Shown: in pieces, positions 29,391-39,140 of the stretch
Position numbering within the stretch: the stretch's first letter is position 1
Layout of the letters: each line of letters opens with the position of its first letter
Source of the DNA: a virus
DNA: 64,000 nucleotides
Reading direction: 5' to 3' (one strand)
Virus record (IMG/VR): IMGVR_UViG_3300029911_000010
Span: 1-64,000 of that record
The notes under the pieces: model-generated
Told to the model about the DNA's origin: nothing
The model's database searches: none
What the model saw: only the letters and a program-made list of their open reading frames with translations
Position numbers and translations under genes: made by a program

Positions 29391-32231
29391 TTAGACAATA
29401 AGATGAATTTCAAAAACGTTCAAGGGGTAGGGGATGGTAATGTTGAGGAGCAACACATACCGATCCGCCAGCAGCAAACTCGGCTGCAACGAGACGATCT
29501 GGGCATCGATCAGCTGCGGGCCGAGCGTCTTCTTGATCGAGACGTTCAACGTGCTGACCAGCTGGCCAACCACGTTGGCCAACAGCGCCTGCATTGACGG
29601 GGTGACGTTGCAGACACCGATGTACGGCGCGAACTCATTGGCGAACTGGTACGAGATCGAGTCCACGTTCCGGGTCACCATTTCTTCACGCTGATTGATA
29701 TCGGCGTAGCTGCCCGTAGTCAACGCGTGCCGCGAGTAGACCTCGCCGGCCGGCGACTGCGTAACGATCCAAACGCCCGAACCAGCCATGGTGTTCAACT
29801 GCGCGGAGTTGAACTTGCTGGTGGTGCGGCTCAAATCGTCGTAGCCGGTGATAGCCAGATTGGTCAAGCCCTGTTGCGGCACGACACCAGCCGACAAGCC
29901 CGCCAGGCTGCAGCAAAGGAAGAAGCCGTCCATGAGCGTACCGCCGGAGCCGATCTGATCGGGCCAGACGGCACGGATGCGGCGATCGCCCCAGGAGCCC
30001 GCTGCCTTGCCGATAGCCGCAGCTTCGTCGGTGGTGCTGAGATTACGCCACACTTCGATGCGCTGGGCATGCGACACCGCAATGGACGGTCCACTGAGCA
30101 GTCGCAGCTGGTCTTCGCTCTGGACGACGTCGATCACGTACTCCTGGTAGGTCTCGTTGCCGAAACCGTCAGTTCCGTAGAACGTGCGGACAACGTCGCC
30201 CGACTGGACAGCATTGGTGATGAAACCAGCGTTGGCTGCCGGCACGATCACGATCGTGTACTCGGTGCCGATTGCGTCGGGGTCGGCGCTGATGGTGCCC
30301 AGTGCCACGTTGCCGTCCGTGGTCGTGGCAGCGAGGTAACCGGTAATCTCGCTGCCGGCGCTGACGATCGGAATCGTCGGAATGCCCGTCAGGCTGAACC
30401 AGGCGACACGCCACAGATCCTGCTCGGGGCTGGACTGGTCGTCGACGTGGGCGGCAAACAGGTTTTGCACCTGCACGTCGTGTGTCAGCGGCACCAGACC
30501 GTAGACGTCGTCACGGCCGGTGATCACGCTGAGCACCTGCACCCAGGCGTCAAGGCTGGTCGGATCGGTGACCGCCGTGTACATGACCATCGTACCGTTG
30601 GAGTTTTCCAGGGCCTTGAACACGCCCCACTTGAGGGGGTTGTCCACGTCCAGCGCACCGGGGATTTGATCGATGTTGGCCACGTCATCAATGCCGTTGA
30701 CCTGATTGGCCAGCGTCGGCAGCCAATACCGTGCCTGCAGATAGACCTGGCTGTATGCCTGTCCGGCATCCGATTCCAGCGGCAACGGCAGCGGGATGCC
30801 GTTCTGCGTCCACGTCGGATCGTATGCTTCGATGCCCGAGTGAATGGTAAGCTGAATGTCGGTCATGTCGAAGTTGGTCAGCGGAGCAAAACCAATGCGG
30901 TCCTGATCGACTTCCAGGACGGGCTTCTTGATGAACAGCTGCACTTCGGCAATCGTGCCGGAAGTGACCTGGGCTGGAATGTTGTTGCCCAACACCACCG
31001 TGCTGACGCGGCCGTTGGTCTGAGCCGTCGCCGGAATGTAGTATCGCTCGCCCAGCGCCAAGCCGGTGCCGGTGAAACTGATCGTCACGCCCTTGGTGCC
31101 GACTGCCGTGACGGCAGCGGAAACAGTGACGGCGGTAGGACCGCTGACGTCGCTGCCGGTGTCGGTCGTGACAGTGATCGCACCGCCGCCATTGGCGAAC
31201 TTGCCGCCCTTGGTGACAGTGACGATGTAGAGCGTGTCGGCCACACCGGTATACGGCGTAGTTGCGTGTCCAGCCGTGTCATTGGCCTGCGGTGTCGGAG
31301 CCGCGAAAGCGCCGGTGACGTTGACGACAAACCGCATGCCGGCAATCAGGTCGTCAGGGCTGACGCCCTGTACATCGGCTGAGTCGGAGTCAGCAGTCAG
31401 GTGACCGCCGGAGTCCAAATTAAACGTGACGGTCACGCCTCGGGTGCCGACTGGGGTGGCCGTGCCGCGAGCGCTGGGCACCAGGATCGCCTGATCGTCC
31501 AACCCACTGGCGGAGATCACGCGAAGTTGTGCCGTGGGCAGATTCCCGCCGGTCGAGCTGGTGGTCACGATGAGCGTGTACTGCTCATTGACGGCACCGG
31601 TCGGATAGGGGTCGTAGCTGGCGGCGCTGGCCGACACCGCTTTGACAGCGTTGTAGGGGCCGCGAGTCTGGCTGACCGAAGCCGTGGCCGAGCTGGTCGT
31701 CTGATTGCCGGTGTCGGAAATGACCGTGCCGATGACGGCACCAACCGGATCGGTCAACAGACCGTTGACGTAGCTCCATTGCGTGATGCCGCCGGCGATG
31801 TCCCACCGCAGCTTAATCAGGTCGCCGACCTGCACGTCGCGATCGTACAGCGACGTGTCGCGGGCGTAGGTGCCATTGGTGGCGAAGTTGAAGCTGTTGG
31901 AGTGGATCTGGTTGAACTTGCCAGCCACCGACGCGATGTCCGTGACACCGGCCTGGCCGCTGTCAAAGTAGCGCAGAATGGCGTTCTGGATGAACAGCTT
32001 GGTGTACGACTGATCGACGACACCGCCAGCGGGGCGACTGGGCCAGCTGATGACCAGATCGTCGAGCGGGTCGTAAATGCCGACCAGGCCGAAAGCCTGT
32101 TCGGTCGACTGGGCATAGCGAATCAGTTGGGCGTTGCCGCCGCTGATGTGGGCTTGCAGCGGGGTTTCCGCGACGTTGGGGGCGACGTTGAAATCTTGAA
32201 AGACTTGAACTTGGGGGATGACATAAACCAT
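29391..32231 (-). CDS. Contractile tail sheath protein
   Basis: N-terminal YVIPQVQVFQ; C-terminal RHALTT..REEMVTRNVDSI..YIG..NVT..IPYPLNVFEIHL. Confidence 0.9.
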   Translation of the reverse strand: MVYVIPQVQVFQDFNVAPNVAETPLQAHISGGNAQLIRYAQSTEQAFGLVGIYDPLDDLVISWPSRPAGGVVDQSYTKLFIQNAILRYFDSGQAGVTDIASVAGKFNQIHSNSFNFATNGTYARDTSLYDRDVQVGDLIKLRWDIAGGITQWSYVNGLLTDPVGAVIGTVISDTGNQTTSSATASVSQTRGPYNAVKAVSASAASYDPYPTGAVNEQYTLIVTTSSTGGNLPTAQLRVISASGLDDQAILVPSARGTATPVGTRGVTVTFNLDSGGHLTADSDSADVQGVSPDDLIAGMRFVVNVTGAFAAPTPQANDTAGHATTPYTGVADTLYIVTVTKGGKFANGGGAITVTTDTGSDVSGPTAVTVSAAVTAVGTKGVTISFTGTGLALGERYYIPATAQTNGRVSTVVLGNNIPAQVTSGTIAEVQLFIKKPVLEVDQDRIGFAPLTNFDMTDIQLTIHSGIEAYDPTWTQNGIPLPLPLESDAGQAYSQVYLQARYWLPTLANQVNGIDDVANIDQIPGALDVDNPLKWGVFKALENSNGTMVMYTAVTDPTSLDAWVQVLSVITGRDDVYGLVPLTHDVQVQNLFAAHVDDQSSPEQDLWRVAWFSLTGIPTIPIVSAGSEITGYLAATTTDGNVALGTISADPDAIGTEYTIVIVPAANAGFITNAVQSGDVVRTFYGTDGFGNETYQEYVIDVVQSEDQLRLLSGPSIAVSHAQRIEVWRNLSTTDEAAAIGKAAGSWGDRRIRAVWPDQIGSGGTLMDGFFLCCSLAGLSAGVVPQQGLTNLAITGYDDLSRTTSKFNSAQLNTMAGSGVWIVTQSPAGEVYSRHALTTGSYADINQREEMVTRNVDSISYQFANEFAPYIGVCNVTPSMQALLANVVGQLVSTLNVSIKKTLGPQLIDAQIVSLQPSLLLADRYVLLLNITIPYPLNVFEIHLIV

Positions 32232-32234
32232 TGT

Positions 32235-32296
32235 GAGCCTCCGTGCTCCTGCACTGAGTTATCGAGCAACCGAAGACGATTATCCGTAACCGTCTT
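32235..32296 (-). promoter_or_regulatory. Two CsrA/RsmA-type hairpins in the sheath-gene leader
   Basis: GAGC-ACGGAG-GCTC (32235-32248) and AAGACGGTT-ACGGAT-AATCGTCTT (32273-32296). Confidence 0.75.
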
Positions 32297-33029
32297 ACAC
32301 CTCATTCGGTCGAATCTGAAAACTGAGGTCTACATGCCGCAATGGCAATGCTTCCGGAATCACTTTCCACGTTTCCTGGTAAGCCCATCCGACCGTGATG
32401 GGCACCACGTAGTTCTGCTGCGATTCCTCAACCTCACTAATTGCTCCAACCTCAGTGACTGAAAACTTCACCAGGCTGAGCTTTTCTTTGACCACCGGAG
32501 CAAACTGGGTCAATTCCCGTTGCGTCTCGGTTGCCAGGATCTCACAACTCGCACCCGTTCCTTGGATGCAAAACAAGGTGTGACTTCCGACCCAGAGCGT
32601 GACGTAGTCAACGTTGCCTTGTTTGTCTGTGCCCGCACAGTCGTCGAGGACAATCCTCAAGTTCTGGTAGGCGTTGCGTTTCAACAAGATTGCCGGACGC
32701 TTTTCAACAAGATCGCCAAGCCATCTGTGAACGCTTTCAATGAGTATACCGGACGACGGGGCGTTCTGCCAAATTGCCGCTGCCAGCGCCGGATCTTCGA
32801 TAAAGTCGGGATTGGAATAGTGATTGATCAACAGGCGGCGGATGGCACCAGTCAGTCGCAAAGGCCGCCAGCCGGCATGGCAGATGGCCCCGGCCACTTC
32901 GTGGGAATCGCCCAGCTGCCGCCTGTCCTGCGTCGGAGCTTCCGGAGGGAGCGGCGGGCACCAGGTCTGCGTGTCATCCAGCAGTTTCTGAAACAGTGTC
33001 TTGTCGAGCCGCAGGGATGGATTGCTCAT
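32295..33029 (-). CDS. Tail completion/terminator protein (putative)
   Basis: Start re-called to MSNPSL (ATGA overlap); KRPAILLKR; lies between neck and sheath genes. Confidence 0.6.
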   Translation of the reverse strand: MSNPSLRLDKTLFQKLLDDTQTWCPPLPPEAPTQDRRQLGDSHEVAGAICHAGWRPLRLTGAIRRLLINHYSNPDFIEDPALAAAIWQNAPSSGILIESVHRWLGDLVEKRPAILLKRNAYQNLRIVLDDCAGTDKQGNVDYVTLWVGSHTLFCIQGTGASCEILATETQRELTQFAPVVKEKLSLVKFSVTEVGAISEVEESQQNYVVPITVGWAYQETWKVIPEALPLRHVDLSFQIRPNEV

Positions 33030-33274
33030 TTTTGTTTCTCCACCAGCGATCGACACATTCCGGTCACCTGATCGATGACCATGTCACGTTGAAACAGCTG
33101 GCGGAACACGTCGACTGGAGCTACTTCGTGTTTCTTGATGCTCAACCTGTCGATGAACGGATTTCGTGGCTTGGACGTCGCAGGCCGTGGTGGCGGCGTG
33201 CCCGGCGTGGAGCCGGACAGGCTTAGCGGAGCATAGCGGCCAAACTGTGATTGATCGGGAGGTAGGTAGGGCAC
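33026..33274 (-). CDS. Small Pro-rich hypothetical protein
   Basis: GTG start after AAGGAGG; stop coupled to the next gene. Confidence 0.55.
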   Translation of the reverse strand: MPYLPPDQSQFGRYAPLSLSGSTPGTPPPRPATSKPRNPFIDRLSIKKHEVAPVDVFRQLFQRDMVIDQVTGMCRSLVEKQK

Positions 33275-33275
33275 G

Positions 33276-34163
33276 TTACCAGACCTCCTTGAGCATCGGG
33301 TCAAAGCTTTCCAGCTGCTGCGGAATCTTGATGCCGTAGATCGGGCTGGACGCAGGTATCAGCCGCATCTCGACGTCAGCGGAAATCGGCACGCCGCGAA
33401 CTTCAACGGTGTTCTCCACTGAGTGGACAAACCAGCGGTCGTCACTGACTTTGTTCACCCAGATGTCCTGCTCGGTGACCATCCAGATGTTGGCCATGTG
33501 AGATTTGACCGTGGTGTCAGCCGTGGTGCCCCGTGTAGGGTCCTGGTTGTAGTGAACGCGGCGGGGGCTCATCGACACCCAGGTACAGCCGGCAGGGTAG
33601 AAGTAACCGCAGTAGAAGCCTGTGCCAAAGCAATACGGGCAGGCGTCATTGGTAATCTCTTTAGTCAGCGGGTCCAGACAAACCGGGCAGGGCGTGCCAG
33701 TGACGCGGCGCTTGAGCAGGTAACCCAGCTGGCCGCCCGGACCTTTCTTGAGCGCCAAAATCTCCTGCCGCAGCCGCTCGCGGGCAATCCGCCACCAGCG
33801 AAACTCCAGTGTGCCCCACAAACCGGTAGGCTCACTGAGATATGTGCCGGCCAGCGTGGTCAGCTGGATGCGATAGAAACACCATTTAGTCTTTCCCCAA
33901 ATACGTTGTGCGGGGTCGACCATGTAAAAAATATTGGTCACTGGAAGGCCAACGTCAATCCAATCGTCAGCTAGAGGATTGTCACTTTGACCTACTTGAA
34001 GTGTAAACGTGTAAGGTCCTGGGTCGAGAAAACTGTGTTTCAGCTCGTAAAATATAACAGTTCCGCCGCGAGTCATATAGCTGACGACAACTCTATCGAA
34101 GGCATTGTCGCAGACCGGTAGGCAGGGCGAGCACGACGATGTTGCGTTGAAATTAGATTGCAT
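33276..34163 (-). CDS. Head-closure/neck protein with Zn-finger insert (putative)
   Basis: GTPCPVCLD...CPYCFGTGFYCGY; C-terminal beta-barrel DRWFVHSV. Confidence 0.6.
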   Translation of the reverse strand: MQSNFNATSSCSPCLPVCDNAFDRVVVSYMTRGGTVIFYELKHSFLDPGPYTFTLQVGQSDNPLADDWIDVGLPVTNIFYMVDPAQRIWGKTKWCFYRIQLTTLAGTYLSEPTGLWGTLEFRWWRIARERLRQEILALKKGPGGQLGYLLKRRVTGTPCPVCLDPLTKEITNDACPYCFGTGFYCGYFYPAGCTWVSMSPRRVHYNQDPTRGTTADTTVKSHMANIWMVTEQDIWVNKVSDDRWFVHSVENTVEVRGVPISADVEMRLIPASSPIYGIKIPQQLESFDPMLKEVW

Positions 34164-34177
34164 TTACACTCTTCTAA

Positions 34178-35101
34178 TCATACCGAACCGTAGTCCGAGC
34201 CGTAACTGCCGGCACACTCGTGCATGGAAATTTGCAATTTCTTAAGCTGCCTGAACTCATCCCATTGCTGCTTGTGCATCTGGTAGGCCGCCAGGTACTC
34301 ACGCTCCTTGTCCTTGTCGCCGACCAGCTGGCCGCCGCCCTGCAGGTTGGCTTTGTTGCGGCGGTAGTGTGCGGCGGCCATTTGATACAAATATCCAGAC
34401 GCGGCGCTGAGCCATTCCTGTTTCCACGGAAAGTTTCGGCTGTCAAATCGTAGTCTGATTCGCGGCGGCATGTCGTTGAAGTCAGCCAGGGGCTTGGTCA
34501 GGGCGATCGTCAGCTGCTCGTCGGAAAATTCCAGATCGTCCAGCAGATACTGATTCTCAACCGGCGAGGAATCGACGATGCTCATCCGCAACTCGTTGAT
34601 CGTCGGCGGCCCGTCCGTGTGCGTATACCCAGGCGTGTTGAAGCCGAACAAGCTGCGCTCGACGCTTAGCAGCCCGTCGTTGATCAGGACGATGTCGCCC
34701 TCACGCACCAGCGCCCATGACAACCGATAGATGCCACTCTGGCCGTAGATGCTGCTAGGGATTGGCGCTCGAACGACGCCGTTGGTCGCATCGATCACGC
34801 TGCCCTCGGATACCTTGATGTTTTGCGGGCCTTGATTGAAGCCGCTGAACTCAGCAATTCGCAGGATAACTTGAGTGTTCAGGCTGTCGTCGTTGTCGCT
34901 GTCGCTGAAATCGATCGAACCTGATTCGCTGACTTCGGCCGGGGTGAACAGATCCACAGGATTGCCGGTGCGGTCGCGGAAAGTCTGCTCCAGCGTTACG
35001 TTCACGCCTTCCTGGCAGATGAACGCTTTGATGCGAGTGAGAACCGGGCAGCCGTCCATGGCGGGGATGCCCGGCGTGATCACATTCAGATCTGCCGTCA
35101 A
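34178..35101 (-). CDS. Neck/head-tail adaptor protein (putative)
   Basis: Start re-called to TTG 35101 after AAGGAGG; LLDDLEFSDEQL..FNDMPP..YRRN. Confidence 0.6.
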   Translation of the reverse strand: MTADLNVITPGIPAMDGCPVLTRIKAFICQEGVNVTLEQTFRDRTGNPVDLFTPAEVSESGSIDFSDSDNDDSLNTQVILRIAEFSGFNQGPQNIKVSEGSVIDATNGVVRAPIPSSIYGQSGIYRLSWALVREGDIVLINDGLLSVERSLFGFNTPGYTHTDGPPTINELRMSIVDSSPVENQYLLDDLEFSDEQLTIALTKPLADFNDMPPRIRLRFDSRNFPWKQEWLSAASGYLYQMAAAHYRRNKANLQGGGQLVGDKDKEREYLAAYQMHKQQWDEFRQLKKLQISMHECAGSYGSDYGSV

Positions 35102-35143
35102 AGTAAGCCTCCTTGCTTGACTGAAATTCATTGTAACCGGGAC

Positions 35144-35171
35144 TTGACTCATCCGTCCAACGCTATACACT
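35144..35171 (+). promoter_or_regulatory. Sigma-70-type promoter for the plus-strand RNA unit
   Basis: TTGACT-16 bp-TACACT. Confidence 0.6.
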
Positions 35172-35203
35172 TCCGTTGTGAATCGTTTCCCACGCCCAAC
35201 CCC

Positions 35204-35300
35204 GACGAGCCCTAGCAGCCGCTGAACGCGGTTTGTTTCGTTGCGGTTTCTTCCCTCTGCAATCCTAGCAAACTACGTCCGGCGGCTCCTGGGGCTCGTC
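35204..35300 (+). ncRNA. ~100-nt elongated hairpin RNA of unknown family
   Basis: GACGAGCCC...GGGCTCGTC closes a long interrupted stem; the non-Watson-Crick pairs that can form are G-U on the plus strand. Confidence 0.55.
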
Positions 35301-35305
35301 TTCGC

Positions 35306-35378
35306 CAGGGCGTACGGTAGCGGCCAACCGGTGTGTTTCGGGAACACAAAATCGTGAGTTCGACTCTCACTGCCCTGA
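35306..35378 (+). tRNA. tRNA-Pro(CGG), CCA not encoded
   Basis: Acceptor CAGGGCG/TGCCCTG-A, D stem CGGT/ACCG, anticodon arm TGTGT-TTCGGGA-ACACA, T arm GTGAG-TTCGACT-CTCAC. Confidence 0.9.
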
Positions 35379-35400
35379 CTAACCTGATAGCTAAAAAAGA

Positions 35401-35457
35401 GCACGACCGAATGGTCGTGCCCATGGCCAGACCGGGGTGGGGAAACCCGGTCTGGCT
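35401..35457. terminator. Two hairpins between convergent units
   Basis: gcacgacc-gaat-ggtcgtgc and gccagaccggg...cccggtctggc. Confidence 0.5.
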
Positions 35458-35512
35458 GCGGTCAGTTTACAAAAGTTGTTTTACGGCTGATGAAGTTCAT
35501 GCAAACTTCACG

Positions 35513-36223
35513 TTACTGCGGATCAAACGGCTCGGGCTTGCTGACCTTGTCGTCTTCGGCCGCCATCTTCTCCGCGTACTCCTTGATGGCCTGGTTGACG
35601 GCCGCCTCGAACATGGTGACGTGCTCATCAGAGATCGCCGCCCGAATCTCGCCGTCGCTGCAGCCGTAATAGATGTCGTAACGGACAAACGCATCCGTGA
35701 ACCACTTGAGCGTATCCGGGTTGATCTTCTTGACGTCGATAGAAATAGCCAGGCCGCCCATGATGGTTTTTGCCATCTTTATACCGGGAGACACCTCTTT
35801 CAGATCCTTTTCAATCTGCTCGGCCACCCGACTGGCCACCGTGTCCTGCGCCGACTTTAACGAGCTGCGGCCCCAGCGCACCCGATCGCGGGCAGCCTCA
35901 ATCTTGCTCAGGATTTCGGCCGCAGAGTCATCCTCGTCGACTTGCAGAACGCCGAAGGGGCGGTTGGACATCATGGACATCATCGATCCGAATATCGTTT
36001 CCATCAGCGCCCCGACCGGATCGTCGCTGTCGGCTTTCTCGCTTTCCGCCGGAACGTTCGGGTCAGCCACCAAGACGGTAACCTCCATGTGGTAGGTGAA
36101 ATGTTTAATAACCTGCACGAGATATCGACGGTCCTGCCTGCTCTTGACGACAACCGAGTCGCCGTCCTTGAGCTTGTTGATGAGTTGATCCAAATTGTCC
36201 GACATGTTGAACTGGTAAATCAT
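35513..36223 (-). CDS. Hypothetical acidic protein
   Basis: 236-aa ORF with GGAG RBS. Confidence 0.7.
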   Translation of the reverse strand: MIYQFNMSDNLDQLINKLKDGDSVVVKSRQDRRYLVQVIKHFTYHMEVTVLVADPNVPAESEKADSDDPVGALMETIFGSMMSMMSNRPFGVLQVDEDDSAAEILSKIEAARDRVRWGRSSLKSAQDTVASRVAEQIEKDLKEVSPGIKMAKTIMGGLAISIDVKKINPDTLKWFTDAFVRYDIYYGCSDGEIRAAISDEHVTMFEAAVNQAIKEYAEKMAAEDDKVSKPEPFDPQ

Positions 36224-36245
36224 GACATATCTCCGAGAGTGAAAG

Positions 36246-36283
36246 TCAAAAAGTGACCGGGCGGCGCTCGCTCACCGCCCGGT
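36246..36283 (-). terminator. Intrinsic terminator
   Basis: gaccgggcgg...ccgcccggtc stem followed by CACTTTTTG. Confidence 0.65.
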
Positions 36284-36311
36284 CCACACAACACAAGGCA
36301 TTTCGCTGAAA

Positions 36312-37328
36312 CTACTTGGCCGATGCAACGGTCACATTACCCGGATGCACCGCAAACACGTGGGTGGCGTACAGGTCGGCCGACTTGTCCGGCAGCGTCA
36401 CTGGAGTATCCATGTTGACCATGGACGCCCACACTGACTTGTCGACAACACCGGCATCCATCCAGGCCGGATACGTCGAAGGCAGCACCACGCTGTCGCC
36501 TTCACGCCACTTGTCGAGGGTGTCAACCAAAGCTTCGGGGACGACTTTGGTAAATCCGTGTTCATCGGCGACGTACTTGACCACGCCACGGCTGGAGCTG
36601 GAAAACCATCCACGAGAGTACACGCGGATCACCGCAAAGCGATGCGGCGTGGTATCGTGAAACAAATCGAATGCCGAGCTGATGCTGGCGCTGCTGCCGA
36701 ACGTACCGAAGGTGAACACGCAGCAAATCGCCCCGATCGCCAGCGCTGCCATGGTCCAGCTGAGACTTTGGCGAAAGCCCCGGCCACGACCGACAAAGAA
36801 ACCACCCAGCAGCACGAACTGCGCCAAGACCGCCAGCAAGATGACCGTGCCCCGGAACACCGGGCCGAACATGGCTCCGAAGATACAGAAGAACAGCACG
36901 AACACGATCGACGCGATCACCGCGTTGCGCATTCGAGCGAAGAACGAAAAGCGCGGGCCGAACAGGTGGTCAGCGATGTTGGATGCAGTGTCGTAGCCGC
37001 TGACGGCCCGGTGACGGCCAGCGGGCGAAACGGGGGGATCGACCGGAACTTCGGTGCCGCTGGTACGGTAATCGTCGGGCGTGACCGGCTCCGAGACTGG
37101 TTCGACGGTGTCGGCGTCGAGAATGGACGGATCGCGGTCGGCGTCCGTGCGGATAGTTCGCTGGCGCACCTGGGGTCGGGCGGGCAGCACCGTGCGGGTC
37201 GGCGGGGCGGGCTCGAAGCCGCCCTGGTCAGACGTGCCAGTCTGTTGTCGGGCAACGGCGTCGGACAAGGCATCTCCGAGACGTGAAGGACCAATTTCCG
37301 GGTTTCCCGGATTGTTAGAACGTGCCAC
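36312..37328 (-). CDS. Membrane protein (3 TM helices, disordered N-terminus)
   Basis: GTG start after AAGGAG; hydrophobic segments AVIASIVFVLFFCIF, TVILLAVLAQFVLL, WTMAALAIGAICCVF. Confidence 0.7.
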   Translation of the reverse strand: MARSNNPGNPEIGPSRLGDALSDAVARQQTGTSDQGGFEPAPPTRTVLPARPQVRQRTIRTDADRDPSILDADTVEPVSEPVTPDDYRTSGTEVPVDPPVSPAGRHRAVSGYDTASNIADHLFGPRFSFFARMRNAVIASIVFVLFFCIFGAMFGPVFRGTVILLAVLAQFVLLGGFFVGRGRGFRQSLSWTMAALAIGAICCVFTFGTFGSSASISSAFDLFHDTTPHRFAVIRVYSRGWFSSSSRGVVKYVADEHGFTKVVPEALVDTLDKWREGDSVVLPSTYPAWMDAGVVDKSVWASMVNMDTPVTLPDKSADLYATHVFAVHPGNVTVASAK

Positions 37329-37392
37329 AACGTGCTCCTTTCGAGAGCAGAAGGTGATGAGACCTTTTTCCACCGGAACATCCGGCGGAGAG

Positions 37393-38490
37393 TTATTTGA
37401 CGAGGTAGTCAGCCTGTACGATCTGGCTGACTCCGTTTCCGGTGAGCTTCACCGAATGACAGCTGTACGGGTTGAGTTCGTTGAAGCTGGCTAGGCGGGC
37501 GACGGCCTTGTCTTCTCGACAGACCAGGTGGCCTTTGGACCGCCAGGCGGGCATGTGGTTCGTGCTGATCGAGCAGGGCATTGTGCGATACAAGATTCGT
37601 CGCAGCGCACGGGCAGCCGGGATGCCTGGAATCGGCCCGGTGAACGACAACTCAAGGAAGTTGTTTTCCCATTCCGGATTGCGGCCGGTTATGCCCAGAT
37701 GAATCCGAGTCAGTGCGCCGGCGAAATACCGGGCCAGCCGCATTATATGATCTTCCCGATTGGCCAGCGGGTACAGCTTCTCGTACTGTTTGAGATAATA
37801 GCCGATCGTATCTTCGCTGATCGGCTGCGACCAGCCATACCGCTTGAGATCATTGATCACGTTGACATTGGTCGGCAACAGAACGTGTCGTTCCATCAGC
37901 GGCAGCAAAGAATCGGCCGTAGTGCTGAACGTCGTCTCGCTGACCTTGCTGCTTTCCTTGAAAGGCACGACGAACGATAAGCCCAGGATCTTAACCAGGT
38001 TTTCAAACCCGGCGGTGTACAGTGCCGCATCCTTGCGGGCTTGCTCGGCTCTCTCGTAAAACAGGTGCGGAGCAGACACGTCTTCCAACCTGACGACAGC
38101 CTGAATGCCGCCAGAGTAGTAAGGCTGTACCCGATCTTGTAAACACTTAAGCGTCTTGAGCGCCATAAGCTCGGCGACATCCACGCCGGAGCCGTCCGGC
38201 TTTTCAGAACCCCAAGGCACCAAAAATGGAATAGGCCGAAACTCTGTCATCGAAGAGCTGATGACGTTGCGAATGGCCACAATCGATTCAGGACTGGGGC
38301 GGGGGCCGTACCGCACCTGTCCGGATGAGATGATCGCATCGGTGACAAGATCAAGCCTCTCACTGTGAGAGATCTTGTTGATGTTTGGAAACTCGCTGAT
38401 CAGAAACTGTCTGATCAAAGGCGAGTACGGATCATCGAACGATGTTTCGATGTCGTAGTATCCCGAACGTGATGAGCATTCCGAGGGCAT
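37393..38490 (-). CDS. DIT1/PvcA (isonitrile synthase)-like protein, divergent
   Basis: IPFLVPWGSEK..D.AELMALKTL..L..RVQPYYSGGIQAVVRLED and C-terminal MPAWRS resemble the PvcA/IsnA pattern. Confidence 0.5.
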   Translation of the reverse strand: MPSECSSRSGYYDIETSFDDPYSPLIRQFLISEFPNINKISHSERLDLVTDAIISSGQVRYGPRPSPESIVAIRNVISSSMTEFRPIPFLVPWGSEKPDGSGVDVAELMALKTLKCLQDRVQPYYSGGIQAVVRLEDVSAPHLFYERAEQARKDAALYTAGFENLVKILGLSFVVPFKESSKVSETTFSTTADSLLPLMERHVLLPTNVNVINDLKRYGWSQPISEDTIGYYLKQYEKLYPLANREDHIMRLARYFAGALTRIHLGITGRNPEWENNFLELSFTGPIPGIPAARALRRILYRTMPCSISTNHMPAWRSKGHLVCREDKAVARLASFNELNPYSCHSVKLTGNGVSQIVQADYLVK

Positions 38491-38501
38491 ATTCGATCCT
38501 T

Positions 38502-38726
38502 TCATGTTTGACTAAGTTCGATCATCTTCGCCGCAATTGCGCTCAGCGTGTCAGCGGAGTAGCGGTTGGCTTCCGGATATCCGTCGTTAGGTTTATGTAG
38601 AAAATAAAAATAAACGCTCCCTTCGTATCGCCAGATCTCGCCGAGCAATACGTGCGATTGCAGCCACACGGCAATGACGACGATGTCTTTCGGATCGCCG
38701 GCAAACACGAGTTCAAATTCAGGCAT
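38502..38726 (-). CDS. Small hypothetical protein
   Basis: MPEFELVF... after GAGGAG. Confidence 0.6.
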   Translation of the reverse strand: MPEFELVFAGDPKDIVVIAVWLQSHVLLGEIWRYEGSVYFYFLHKPNDGYPEANRYSADTLSAIAAKMIELSQT

Positions 38727-38804
38727 TCTTCTCCTCTGATGATGAGAACAAGGAACAGTAGGACTTGGGACCCGTGACAACCGGAACGTCCGGTGGTCAG
38801 TTCC

Positions 38805-39030
38805 TTAGGCCGGCGGGATCTCATCCTCCCGCCGGCTCCCTCGGAGTTTGCAGCCCTGGTCTACTCGCTGGCCAAGGCTGCGGGTTGTGAAAGCGCCGCG
38901 ACAACAATCAAGCTGTCGCGGCGAAGCGTCGCTATTGATCAGGCGGCAGATGACGCATTCTGCTAGGATACTTTCACGCACGCACTACGACCTCGGCCGG
39001 GTCAGTGACGGTGTTAATCAGATAAGGCAT
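38805..39030 (-). pseudogene. Small gene frameshifted by a 4-bp GTGC duplication
   Basis: AAGGAG + ATG 39030; GTGCGTGCGTG at 38975-38985. Removing 4 nt gives one 73-aa ORF. Confidence 0.4.
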
Positions 39031-39046
39031 GACTGACTCCTTGGGT

Positions 39047-39084
39047 GAAAAGATAAAAGAAGAAGGCCGGCGAAAGGCCGGCCT
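39047..39084 (-). terminator. Intrinsic terminator after the glycosyltransferase gene
   Basis: aggccggc...gccggcct stem followed by TCTTCTTTTATCTTTT. Confidence 0.65.
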
Positions 39085-39140
39085 CGGAAAGATACTTATC
39101 CTTCACTTCTTTTGACGTGTTTTGGGCCGAAATTTAGCCC

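Noticed and set aside
12933-32231. Stand-alone contractile injection system or T6SS
   Set aside because: Capsid, protease, scaffold and neck genes are co-located, so this is a tailed phage.
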